Translations under genes and position numbers: made by a program | DNA from: an uncultured Gammaproteobacteria bacterium | Lineage (GTDB): Bacteria; Pseudomonadota; Gammaproteobacteria; CAWCPV01 | Length of the DNA stretch: 64,000 nt | Assembly (NCBI GenBank): GCA_963797555.1 | Contig: CAWCPV010000007.1 | Coordinates: 416,001-480,000 of the forward strand | Direction: 5' to 3' | Notes under the pieces: generated by a model | Seen by the model: only the letters and a program-made list of their open reading frames with translations | What the model was told of the DNA's origin: nothing | The model's database searches: none | In this document: positions 54,974-64,000 of the stretch, one piece after another | Layout: each line of letters starts with the position of its first letter | Numbering within the stretch: position 1 is the first letter of the stretch

Positions 54974-55786
54974 CTAGACCCGATTCCGCATCCGCACTTT
55001 GGGCCACAAAAAACCGGTCGTGCGCATGTAGTGGGCATACGCGGGCACGAGTAGGAGCAACTTGTGTTCTTCCACTTTTGCCCTGACGATTTGCATGATT
55101 GTGGTGATGACAAAGATTCCAAGACCAATGGGGTGGACGGTTAGAATCGCGGTGCCGAGACCTTGGACAATCTCCGCCATGTAGAGTGGGTGGCGGATAT
55201 AGCGGTAAAGGCCCGTGGTGACTAGCTGTCTCACCTCCACCATGAGGCCGAACGACCGCTTGAGGCTCCACAGCGAAACCGTGCTGAGGATTGAGCCTAT
55301 GATGGCGATCATCAATGCGACGGTTTCTATGAGCAGCGGGAAGAGGGGGGGCAAACCAAATAATGAAGCGATCTTTCCCATCTGAAATGGCGGAATGATA
55401 ACGTTGAAGCCAGGTATGAGCAGGATGGAAAACCCCGCCATAGGGAAGAAAATGGTAACCAGCGGATAATATCTCTCCCAGAACCCGCGGGCTTTGCTAA
55501 CGGGGTCGGTTCGGATCAGGTAACCGGCAAATATCAAGGCATCGAATAGAATAGCGACTAGATTGTAACTGATGCGGGCTATTCCGTTGACGATCGTCTG
55601 GGTGATTCGCGGATCAAAATTAAAATGGCGCAGTTGAAATAGATACAGCAGATAAGAGTAGCCGTGTTTGATGAAGAGAAAATCGACCAGAAAGTAAACT
55701 TTCCAACTTAAAAGACCCCCGAAAAACAGAAATGGGATTGGCTCGTGCTTTAATCTCTGCAAGATGAAGATGCTTCCCCGGTTCAT
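54974..55786 (-). CDS. Isoprenylcysteine carboxyl methyltransferase/PEMT-family membrane protein
   Basis: LKRSFGLMVEVRQLVTTGLYRYIRHPLY...RAKVEE...YAHY; low GC. Confidence 0.85.
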   Translation of the reverse strand: MNRGSIFILQRLKHEPIPFLFFGGLLSWKVYFLVDFLFIKHGYSYLLYLFQLRHFNFDPRITQTIVNGIARISYNLVAILFDALIFAGYLIRTDPVSKARGFWERYYPLVTIFFPMAGFSILLIPGFNVIIPPFQMGKIASLFGLPPLFPLLIETVALMIAIIGSILSTVSLWSLKRSFGLMVEVRQLVTTGLYRYIRHPLYMAEIVQGLGTAILTVHPIGLGIFVITTIMQIVRAKVEEHKLLLLVPAYAHYMRTTGFLWPKVRMRNRV

Positions 55787-56668
55787 TCCTGGAAACCTCC
55801 CCGAAACTCTCCCAGAGCACCCGCTGACCTGTTGGACCCGCGCCCAACCTGTACGCTCGAGGACGCCCCGATTACCATGGCGCGAACGGCTTGCGCGACC
55901 AGTTCGGGTCGGTCTAGCTGCAAGTAATGACCCGCACCCGAAACACGTTCGACGCGCGAGGCGCCCGTGAGCCGCAGCCAGTCCTTTTCCAGCGCACGAG
56001 CCATCCTCTCGATCGCGCCCTGTTCGGTGCGATCAAAGAAATCAAACCTTGTACGTACGAGAATTCGCACCGGACAATGCAACGGCCTGACCAGATTCAG
56101 TCGATCGAGGCAGGTCGCTTGATCATGGAACTCGCGTGGCATGACGCGGCTGAAGGTCCAGCGCATCCTCGCAAGAATAGCCGCAGTGGTCTTGGCTTGC
56201 TTCTGCATCTGCTCCCAGAGCCTTGGGTGAGTCGGATCAAGTAGCACGAGCCCAGCCACCTCTTGGGGATACAGCTTCGCATAGACAAACTGATAAAGCC
56301 CGCCAAGCGAGTGCCCGACCAAGACGTAGGGGGGATGAAGCCCTACCGCCCGCAACAACGCCCTTTGCTCGGAAGCGATGGTGCAGGGATCACGCGGTCC
56401 CGAAGATGCCGCGCTGCCGCCGTAGCCGGGCCGGTCGAATGCGATGACGGTGGTGGTCCGGGCGATCCGGGCATACACCGGTCCCCAGAACGTCCTTGCC
56501 GTCGCCGAGTCCAGATTGCAGAACAACCGCCGGCGACCCGCTGCCCGCGAGCGAATACGCCAAACAACCCGCTGCTGTGGGAGCAGTACCGGAGGTCGTC
56601 AATGACGGCCACGCAGCGAGGCAAACAGCAACTACGGCTAATAAGTGCTTGAAAGGCATGGGTCCCAT
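55783..56668 (-). CDS. Alpha/beta hydrolase with signal peptide, frameshift near 56490
   Basis: VVLQSGLG, FDRPGYG, LVGHSLGG, LLDPTHP, GAGHYLQLDRPE. Confidence 0.85.
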
Positions 56669-57349
56669 GCGGCCGGTCGAGTGCTGGTCAGGTATGGATA
56701 ACGTTTCCGCTTGCCGCCCGTTCCACCACCCACGCGATGAGGTCATCGCGCAAGGGCGACGGGATGCGCTTTGCGGACTTGCCGGCGTTTGCCCGGTCCG
56801 CCAAGCCCTGCTCGACCGGCACCTATCAACCTCGGGGCGCGGCGCAGCAGCGGACGCAAACCAGCGGGCCACCGTACTGCTCGACGAGCTTCTTGGTGCG
56901 GTTCCTTCCTGCGTCTGGCCGAAGCCGGGTCCGCACGGCGTCGCCTTCATCGTCTAGCCCTTGGTCCTTGCGGTCAGCAGTGTCGGTAATTGTAGTGCAC
57001 CCAGGGCCGGTTGCCGCCCCCCCACGGACCGATCGGGGGTCGGCGCTTCACGGAGGTTCCTGTCGAAGTTCTCCCCCCCTGAAATTGCGGATCGATGCGC
57101 CGGTAATCGTGGAGCCGCATCCGTGACGGTCGGACGCCTTGTGCGCGCGAGCCTGTGCACCGCAGAGTCCCGCGCGTAGGTTGGACGCGTCGGCGAGCGC
57201 GTGCTTCAATGATCAAATGGATCTTTCCATGCGCACGCTGCCGAATGTTGGCGCTGCGCCGCGCCGCCCGGAGCCACGGATGCTTGAGCATACCTACCTG
57301 GTGATCGTCCCGGCCTCTTTCCTCCTGGGGTCTTGAGAGTCCATGTCGA

Positions 57350-58727
57350 ATGGGTCCGAGGCCCGGCAAGTTCGCCACCATCTTCGACGACATCACGGAG
57401 CGCAAGCGCGTCGAGGACGAGATACAGTCGCTGGCATACCTGGACACGCTGACGCGGCTTACCCAACCGCACCCTGCTGCAGGACCGGCTGACGGAAGCC
57501 CTGGTCCGCGCAGAGCGCGAGGCGCGACTGGTCGGTGTACTGTTTTTCGAGCTGGATCGCTTCAAGCCGATCAATGACACCCTCGGGCACACCGTGGGGG
57601 ACCTCCTGCTGAAATCGGTCGCCGGCCGGCTCAGCGAGTGCGTCCGCAAGAGCGACACGGTGGCGCGCCTCGGCGGAGACGAATTCGTGGTGGTCCTGCC
57701 GAGCGTGCAGCGCGAGCTGGACACCACCCTGGTCGCTCGCGAGATCCTGGAGCGGCTCACGCAGCCCTTCGAGATCGAGGGCCGCGAAATCTATACCAGC
57801 GGCAGCATCGGGATTGCAGTCTACCCGCTCGACGGGCCGGACGCGGGCACCCTGCTCAGGAACGCCGACATGGCCATGTACGTGGCCAAGGAATCGGGGC
57901 CGCAACACCTACCAGTTCTACTCCGACGAGATGAACCGGCGTGCCCTGGAACGTCTGGATCTGGAGACCAGCCTGCGACGCGCCCTGAAGCGCCAGGAGT
58001 TCTCCGTCCAGTATCAGCCTCAGGTGGACCTCGCCCGGGGCAGGATCACGGGGGTCGAAACCCTGCTGCGCTGGCGTCACCCGGAGCAGGGGCTTATACC
58101 GCCCGGCCGGTTCATCCCGGTCGCGGAGGAGACGGGCCTGATCCTCGCGGTGGGCGAGTGGGTGCTGCGCGCCGCCTGCCTGCAGGGCAGGGCCTGGCAG
58201 GATGCAGGGCTGCCCCCTCTGCGCATGGCGGTGAATCTTTCCTGCCGGCAGTTCAAGCAGCCCGGCTTCGTGGACTTGGTGCAGCGGATACTGGACGAGA
58301 CCGGCATGCCGCCGGAGCTCGTGGAACTCGAACTCACCGAGAGCATGATCATGGAGGACGCCGACGAGACTGTGAAGCGATTGAGGGCGCTCAAGAACAT
58401 GGGCGTGCACTTGGCGATCGACGACTTCGGCACCGGTTACTCCTCCTTGAGCTACCTCAAAAACTTCCCCATCGACCGCATCAAGATCGCCCAGACCTTC
58501 GTGCGCGACCTCTCCACCGACCCCGGCGATGCGGCCATCGTGGAGACCGTGCTGGCGATGGCGCGCAGCCTCAACCTGCAGGGACGGAGGAGCAGTTCGC
58601 GTTCCTGATGTCGCGCCAGTGCAACGAGATGCAGGGCTACTACTTCGCCGTCCCGCTTTGGCCGCAGGACATGGAGCGCCTGTTGCGGGAGGGGTCGGTG
58701 CCGCTGCGCGAGAGGGCGAATTCCTGA
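57350..58727 (+). pseudogene. PAS-GGDEF-EAL remnant (5'-truncated, frameshifts, AEGVE motif missing)
   Basis: DITERK, RLGGDEF, ETLLRW, ELELTES, IDDFGTGYSSLSYL. The sequence jumps from LNLQ to TEEQ. Confidence 0.85.
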
Positions 58728-59077
58728 CCCCGAGCAAAGCCTGGCCATCCGCAGAGGGGCGAGCGGCCGCGGTTGCCGCCCCACCCACAGCCTGGCGAGG
58801 GGATGGCGAGAGGGGAAATCGATGGGATTCAGACGCCTCGGTCCCCGCCTCTTCGCGCTGGCCGCCGCTAACATGGTCCCGGATCGCTTCTGCGACGTTT
58901 TTGGCTATCGTGGTTACCGGGCTCCGCGTGTCACGCGTTGGCCCACAGGGTTCATCGCTTGAGTCGATGTCACGCAGCGCGTAACCACCACGCCCTGCAA
59001 CACTCGGAGCCCTCCGTGTGTGCCCCCCATGCCTCGACGCTCTGAGGCGAAGCCTCGTTAGGTTTATTGACAAGCTC

Positions 59078-60064
59078 TCAGCGATCGATGGTCCTCATCA
59101 ACGCCTCGGTATACCGCGGACCGGAGGCCGCGCCGACCGGTACGGCTTCCTCCAGCCGCGCCAGATCCTCGGCGCTCAGAGCGAGGCTGGCTGCTCCGGC
59201 GTTCTCTTCCAGGTACTCGACGTGCTTGGTGCCCGGAATCGGCACGATGTCCTTGCCCTGATGCAGCAGCCACGCGAGGGCTACCTGGCCGGGTGTAGCG
59301 TGCTTCTCCCCGGCGATCTCTTTCACGCGTTCGACCAATCGGAGGTTCCTGTCGAAGTTCTCCCGCTGGAATCGCGGATCGATGCGCCGGTAATCGTCTT
59401 CTGCCAGGTCATCGAAACGCTTGACCTGACCGCTGAGAAACCCGCGCCCGAGCGGGCTGTAGGGCACGAAACCGATGCCCAGCGCACGCACCGTCGGCAG
59501 CACCTGCGCTTCCGGGCCGCGCTCCCACAGCGAGTACTCGCTCTGGAGGGCGCTGAGGGGATGCACCGCGTGGGCGCGGCGGATGGTGCGGGGCGAGACC
59601 TCCGAGAGGCCCAGGTAACGCACTTTGCCCTGGGCGACCAGCTCCGCCATTGCCCCGACCGTGTCCTCGATGGGCACGGCGGGATCGAGCCGGTGCTGAT
59701 AGAGCAGGTCGATATGATCGATGCCCAGACGCTTGAGGGAGCCCTCACATGCCCGGCGGACGTTGTCCGGGCGGCTGTCGAGACCGCGCCGTTCTCCGCT
59801 CTCCGCGATATCGAAGCCGAACTTGGTGGCTATGACGTATCGCTCGCGCCGGCCCGCGATGGCGCGGCCGATCAGCTCCTCGTTCGTCCACGGTCCGTAG
59901 ATCTCTGCGGTGTCGAGGAAGTTGATCCCGAGATCCAGGGCGCGGTGGATGACACGCATGGACTCGGCATCATTCGGGGTGCCGTACGCCCAGCTCATCC
60001 CCATGCACCCCAGCCCTAAAGCCGAGACTTCCAACCCCTGAGTTCCTAGCCGGCGTTTATCCAC
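59078..60064 (-). CDS. Aldo/keto reductase
   Basis: [36 protein letters not shown]. Confidence 0.96.
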   Translation of the reverse strand: MDKRRLGTQGLEVSALGLGCMGMSWAYGTPNDAESMRVIHRALDLGINFLDTAEIYGPWTNEELIGRAIAGRRERYVIATKFGFDIAESGERRGLDSRPDNVRRACEGSLKRLGIDHIDLLYQHRLDPAVPIEDTVGAMAELVAQGKVRYLGLSEVSPRTIRRAHAVHPLSALQSEYSLWERGPEAQVLPTVRALGIGFVPYSPLGRGFLSGQVKRFDDLAEDDYRRIDPRFQRENFDRNLRLVERVKEIAGEKHATPGQVALAWLLHQGKDIVPIPGTKHVEYLEENAGAASLALSAEDLARLEEAVPVGAASGPRYTEALMRTIDR

Positions 60065-60557
60065 GTTACCTCCGTCGATTCAGCCCACACAGTGTCGCCC
60101 CAACGGCCCGGTGCGCTCGCGCTCGCGCCGGCCCCGCTCCTGTCGCCAGCACCGAAGGCCGATAAGCGGCAGGCCCGGCTGCAACGCTCGAGCCTTACGG
60201 CCAGTCCAAGGCCGTCCACAGAATCCCTGGCAAGGGACAGGACCTCGTAAGCTCGGGCTGGCTCTCACACCGGGCTCGGACGGGTAGATAGTCATTATGC
60301 ATGATGGGGCGCCGCCGTGGGCGGGCAGCCGGCGCCGGTTCCCTCGCGGCGGCCAACGCGCTGAACAGATCCCAGAAACCCTCGTCTTCGTTCAGCACTC
60401 GCAGCTGCGGCCGCCGACACGTACGCCCGGACGGCTCAGCTCGGCTGACGGCCTCGTGTCCGAGATCTCGCCAGCCAGCGGTCCCGCCCGCTGCGGCGGC
60501 GCACCCGGCGGCTCGGGATTCTGGATATGATCGGCCCGTCACGACTCGGCGACCGAC

Positions 60558-60730
60558 ATGAACATCGCTCAACTGGGAGTTTCGCAGGCGCTGGCGAGCT
60601 TGAGATCGAAGGCGGACGGGCTGGGCCGCGCAGAGGCCGAGCGGCGGCTACGCGAACATGGCCCGAATCGCGTCGAAGAGGTCAGGTGCAGGAGCTTGGT
60701 GAGCGCTCTGTTCAAGGAATTCACGCATTT
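60558..60730 (+). pseudogene. N-terminal stub of a cation-transporting P-type ATPase
   Basis: GLGRAEAERRLREHGPNRV...LFKEFTH, then similarity stops abruptly. Confidence 0.65.
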
Positions 60731-60833
60731 ACGGCTATACCATAGGCTGCGCCGCGCGAGCGCCAAGAAGCTGTCGCGCGGCCGCCGGAGTTCTGCCAGC
60801 ATAGCCGGGGAATCGACCGGCAGGTGAGGGTGC

Positions 60834-62181
60834 ATGGAAAACGTCCCGTCGACTCTCACACCGAGTCCTTCGCGCAAAGGCCAACGGACTCCCGCGCACC
60901 GCGTGCCGCCCATGCTGCGTGCTCTGCGCCACCGCAACTTTCGACTGTTCTTCGGCGGACAGCTCGCGTCCCTAGTCGGCACATGGATGCAGACCGTGGC
61001 GCAATCCTGGCTGGTCTATCGCCTGACCGACTCGGCGCTATTGCTGGGCGTGGTCGGGTTCGCGAGCCAGATCCCGGTGTTCGTCCTCGCACCCTTCGGC
61101 GGTGCCGTGGCCGACCGGTACAGTCGCCACCGGGTGGTGGTTCTCGCCCAGACTTCGATGATGGCGTTGGCGCTCATCCTGGCGGGCCTCACGCTGACGG
61201 GGCTGGTGGAGGTGTGGCAGGTCATCGTACTCGCGCTGCTGTTCGGCGCTGCCAATGCCTTCGACATTCCTGCCCGCCAGGCATTCATCGTGGAGATTGT
61301 CGGGAAGAAGGACCTGTTGAACGCCATCGCCCTCAACTCCTCGATGTTCAATGGCGCGCGTGTCGTCGGCCCTGCCGTGGCCGGGGTTCTCGTGGCCCGA
61401 TTCGGTGAAGGCTGGTGCTTCTTCGCAAATGGCGTGAGCTACCTGGCAGTGATCGGCGGGCTGCTGTTGATGAGCCTCGATCGGCGGCACCGGCAGGACG
61501 TTCGACGGCACCGCGCTGGAGCGCGTGATCGAAGGCTTCCGCTATGCGCGGCACACCGCGCCGGTACGAGCCATTCTGCTCCTCGTGGCGCTGGTGAGCA
61601 TCGTCGGAATGCCTTACACGGTTCTCATGCCGGTCTTTGCCGATCGTATCCTGCACTCCGGCGCACGAGGACTCGGCATACTCATGGGGGCGACTGGATT
61701 GGGAGCGCTGCTCGGGGCGCTGACGCTCGCTGCGCGCTCCGGCGTGCAAGGATTGGGACGCCTCATCGCCATGGCGTGCGCAGGCTTCGGGATAAGCCTG
61801 ATGCTGTTCTCGCTGTCGCGCTCCTTCTGGCCTGCGGCGGCCTTCCTGGTGCCTGCCGGGTTCTCCATGATCCTGCAGATGGCAAGCTCCAACACCCTCC
61901 TTCAGGCCATGGTGCCCGACCACTTGCGGGGGCGCGTGATGGCCCTTTACTCGATGAGCTTCATGGGGATGGCGCCGTTCGGCGCGCTCCTGTCGGGGGC
62001 AGTTGCACACGGCTTCGGCGCTCCGCTCACGGTTGGTCTGGGAGCGGGGGTGTGTGTGATCGGCGCGGGCCTGTTCGCCCTGAGACTCCCCAGCCTGCGT
62101 GGCGAAGCGCGCCAGCTCATCATCGCCCAGGGGATGCTCGGAGGAGAGCCCCCGGAGGAGATGACGGCGCGTGGTCTGTAG
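60834..62181 (+). CDS. MFS transporter, frameshift near 61500
   Basis: ALRHRNFRLFFGGQLASLVGTWMQ, FDIPARQ, NAIALNS; second frame EGFRY...PDHLRGRVM. Confidence 0.92.
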
Positions 62182-62473
62182 CGAATCCTTTGGGCGCAAG
62201 CGGTCCGGCGGGAGACTGCACGTCGCGCATTCTCGCGGCCTGCGGCGAGCCTTACCTGTGCACACTGTGCGATCCGGGGTCCACTTTGGTCATGGCGAGT
62301 GGGGCTTGCGTGTTGTGGTATTGTGCCCCTTAAACGTACCTGCGGAGGCCATCGCCGGGTTACGCCGGCGCGCAAGTCGCGCGGCGGGCGCTCGTGCTTC
62401 TCTACACTCGGCGTTGACACAGACCCGCAGTGCTCTATAGGTGAGACCGTTGGGAGAAGGAGGAGCACGGCAT

Positions 62474-62812
62474 ATGCACGACCAGCCTGCCGCTGAGAAT
62501 CTCGACCGCGTGGATTTCGACGAGGACGGACTGATGAAAGATCCCCGACAGTGGACCGAGGCGGTTGCTCGGGCCATCGCCGAGCAGGACGAACTCGGCG
62601 ATTTGACCGAGGCGCACTGGCACGTCATCCGGTCGCTGCGAGATCACTACGCCAAGTTCGGAGTGGCGCCGGCCATGAGTCACGTCTGCTGGACTCTGAG
62701 GATGGGCAAGTCCTGCGTCCACGACTTGTTCGGCACCTGCATGGAGGCGTGGCGCGTCGCCGGGCTTCCCGATCCCGGCGAAGAGGCCAAGACTTACATG
62801 AGGGACATGTGA
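62474..62812 (+). CDS. TusE/DsrC-family protein lacking the C-terminal cysteines
   Basis: DEDGLM.DP..WTEAVA...LTEAHWHVI..LRDHY...AWRVAGLPDPGEEAKTYM. Confidence 0.85.
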   Translation: MHDQPAAENLDRVDFDEDGLMKDPRQWTEAVARAIAEQDELGDLTEAHWHVIRSLRDHYAKFGVAPAMSHVCWTLRMGKSCVHDLFGTCMEAWRVAGLPDPGEEAKTYMRDM

Positions 62813-62927
62813 GCCGCCGATTTGGGTGGCCGCCGGAGGAGCACCCCGGGGAATGGCCGGCGTGTCGATGCGCGCGCGCCGGTGCGGCCGAGGTCCGGCA
62901 AGAAATGTCACGAGGCATCGACGGCCC

Positions 62928-63137
62928 ATGAACTCCGGAAAACTCGGTACGCTTGCCATTCTACTTGCCTTGATCCTGCCCGGGTGCACGTCCGATGCAG
63001 CGAAAAGAAGTGCCTACGAGGCACTGCATCAGAAGTGGTGCATGGATCGTACTGGAGTGCCGAACTGCGATCCGGACCACAAGAGCTACGACGCCTATGA
63101 GAAGGAGAGGGAGGAGGTTCTCAAGGGGCAACAGTAG
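62928..63137 (+). CDS. Small lipoprotein
   Basis: Lipobox LPGC after a hydrophobic signal. Confidence 0.7.
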   Translation: MNSGKLGTLAILLALILPGCTSDAAKRSAYEALHQKWCMDRTGVPNCDPDHKSYDAYEKEREEVLKGQQ

Positions 63138-63332
63138 ACGCCCGTCATCTGCGTTATGACGCGAACTCGCGACCCGGCTTGCCGGCGAGGCCGCACGCTC
63201 CACCCCCTCCAGAGCGCCTGGAACAGACCTGCCGAAGCCGCGAGCTGGTCCAACCGGCCTGGGCGAGTTTGTCTTCGCTCTGCGGCTGCACGGGGAGCAC
63301 GTCGAGTTTGCGCCGGCGCGCCGGGCTGCGCC

Positions 63333-63827
63333 TCAGAGCTCGTAGAGGGCTTCGTCCACCCTCGGTGGAAGGAAGCGCTGACGGAGCAGCTTCAAGTTGG
63401 GCTTGCCCTTGCTGATCAAGGGCTCTTCCCCCTCCAACACGTCTCCCATCTCGGCCTCTATCTGCTCGGGGTCATCGCCTGCCTCCATCCGCCGGATGGC
63501 CTCTTCCATGCCGTGGCCCATTTGCATGCCGCTTGCGTCGAAAAGCCTACGCATCAGGCGTCCCGCGGCCCGTGGGTCGTCCTCATCCAGGCTGTCGAGT
63601 TCCCCGGCCATTGACTCGAAGGCCCGCTCCATCTGTGCGTCGTCCATATCCGGCGCTTCTTCCGACTCTTCCTTGCGCCCTTTCGAGATGGCAAAGACGG
63701 ACATCCTGCGCTCCAGCTCTGGACGGCTGCACTTGGGGCAAGCGGGGCGCTTCTCCGTGTTCACGACTCGGGACAGGAAGTTGAAGATCGTGTGGCAGTC
63801 CGCACAGTAAAACTCGTAGATGGGCAT
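63333..63827 (-). CDS. FmdB-family zinc-ribbon protein
   Basis: MPIYEFYCADC...CPKC...RRMSVF, DEDDPR. Confidence 0.88.
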   Translation of the reverse strand: MPIYEFYCADCHTIFNFLSRVVNTEKRPACPKCSRPELERRMSVFAISKGRKEESEEAPDMDDAQMERAFESMAGELDSLDEDDPRAAGRLMRRLFDASGMQMGHGMEEAIRRMEAGDDPEQIEAEMGDVLEGEEPLISKGKPNLKLLRQRFLPPRVDEALYEL

Positions 63828-64000
63828 ATGCGTGCTGTTCCTTTAACTCTGTGAAAAAACGGCGATCTAAGCTTATGGGCTTCCCCGAGAATGGGCAACC
63901 CTCAGACGTGGAACCGGCCGGTTGGATGGGGGCTCGCCGCACTGGCCCGTGGCCATCGCCGCAGCATGGCGTCCCAGAGCTTCGTTTCCGGCCGTTTGGG

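Noticed and set aside
58978-59063. attC-like TAAC...GTTAGGT stretch
   Set aside because: No L-box pairing or correct spacing; it abuts an IS1182-type end and is more likely MITE debris.

Overview
GC-rich bacterial chromosomal window, probably a Proteobacterium (a TusE/DsrC-family gene hints at sulfur metabolism). Many single-base frameshifts suggest an incompletely polished long-read assembly, so several genes had to be rebuilt across frames. 0.9-16.7 kb: a minus-strand type I-C CRISPR-Cas locus (WYL regulator, cas3, cas5c, cas8c with internal cas11, cas7c, two cas4 paralogues, cas1, cas2, leader, 5-repeat array). It is unusually packed with type II toxin-antitoxin (TA) cargo: four intact pairs plus two antitoxins whose toxins are cut to stubs. 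The cargo is interleaved with duplicated scraps of cas4, probably cas7, a type I-E cas1 and the aas/WYL gene junction. 16.7-41 kb: aas, an IS1182 next to a MITE, a stand-alone class I HMG-CoA reductase converging on a three-gene lipid-modification operon, an MBL-fold/cNMP protein, pstSCAB with a Pho box, a lytic transglycosylase, an unknown membrane protein and a beta-helix repeat protein. 41.4-55 kb: an accessory/defence region with an ISNCY element, a 1820-aa DUF4011 helicase-nuclease (Hhe-like), an integrase-less integron cassette remnant with a group IIC-attC intron scar, ISL3, and IS91, RAYT and REP relics. 55-64 kb: mixed metabolic genes and pseudogenes. The best candidate for something undescribed is the layered TA-cassette accretion site inside the cas operon. 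All assignments come from reading motifs by eye; no database searches were run.
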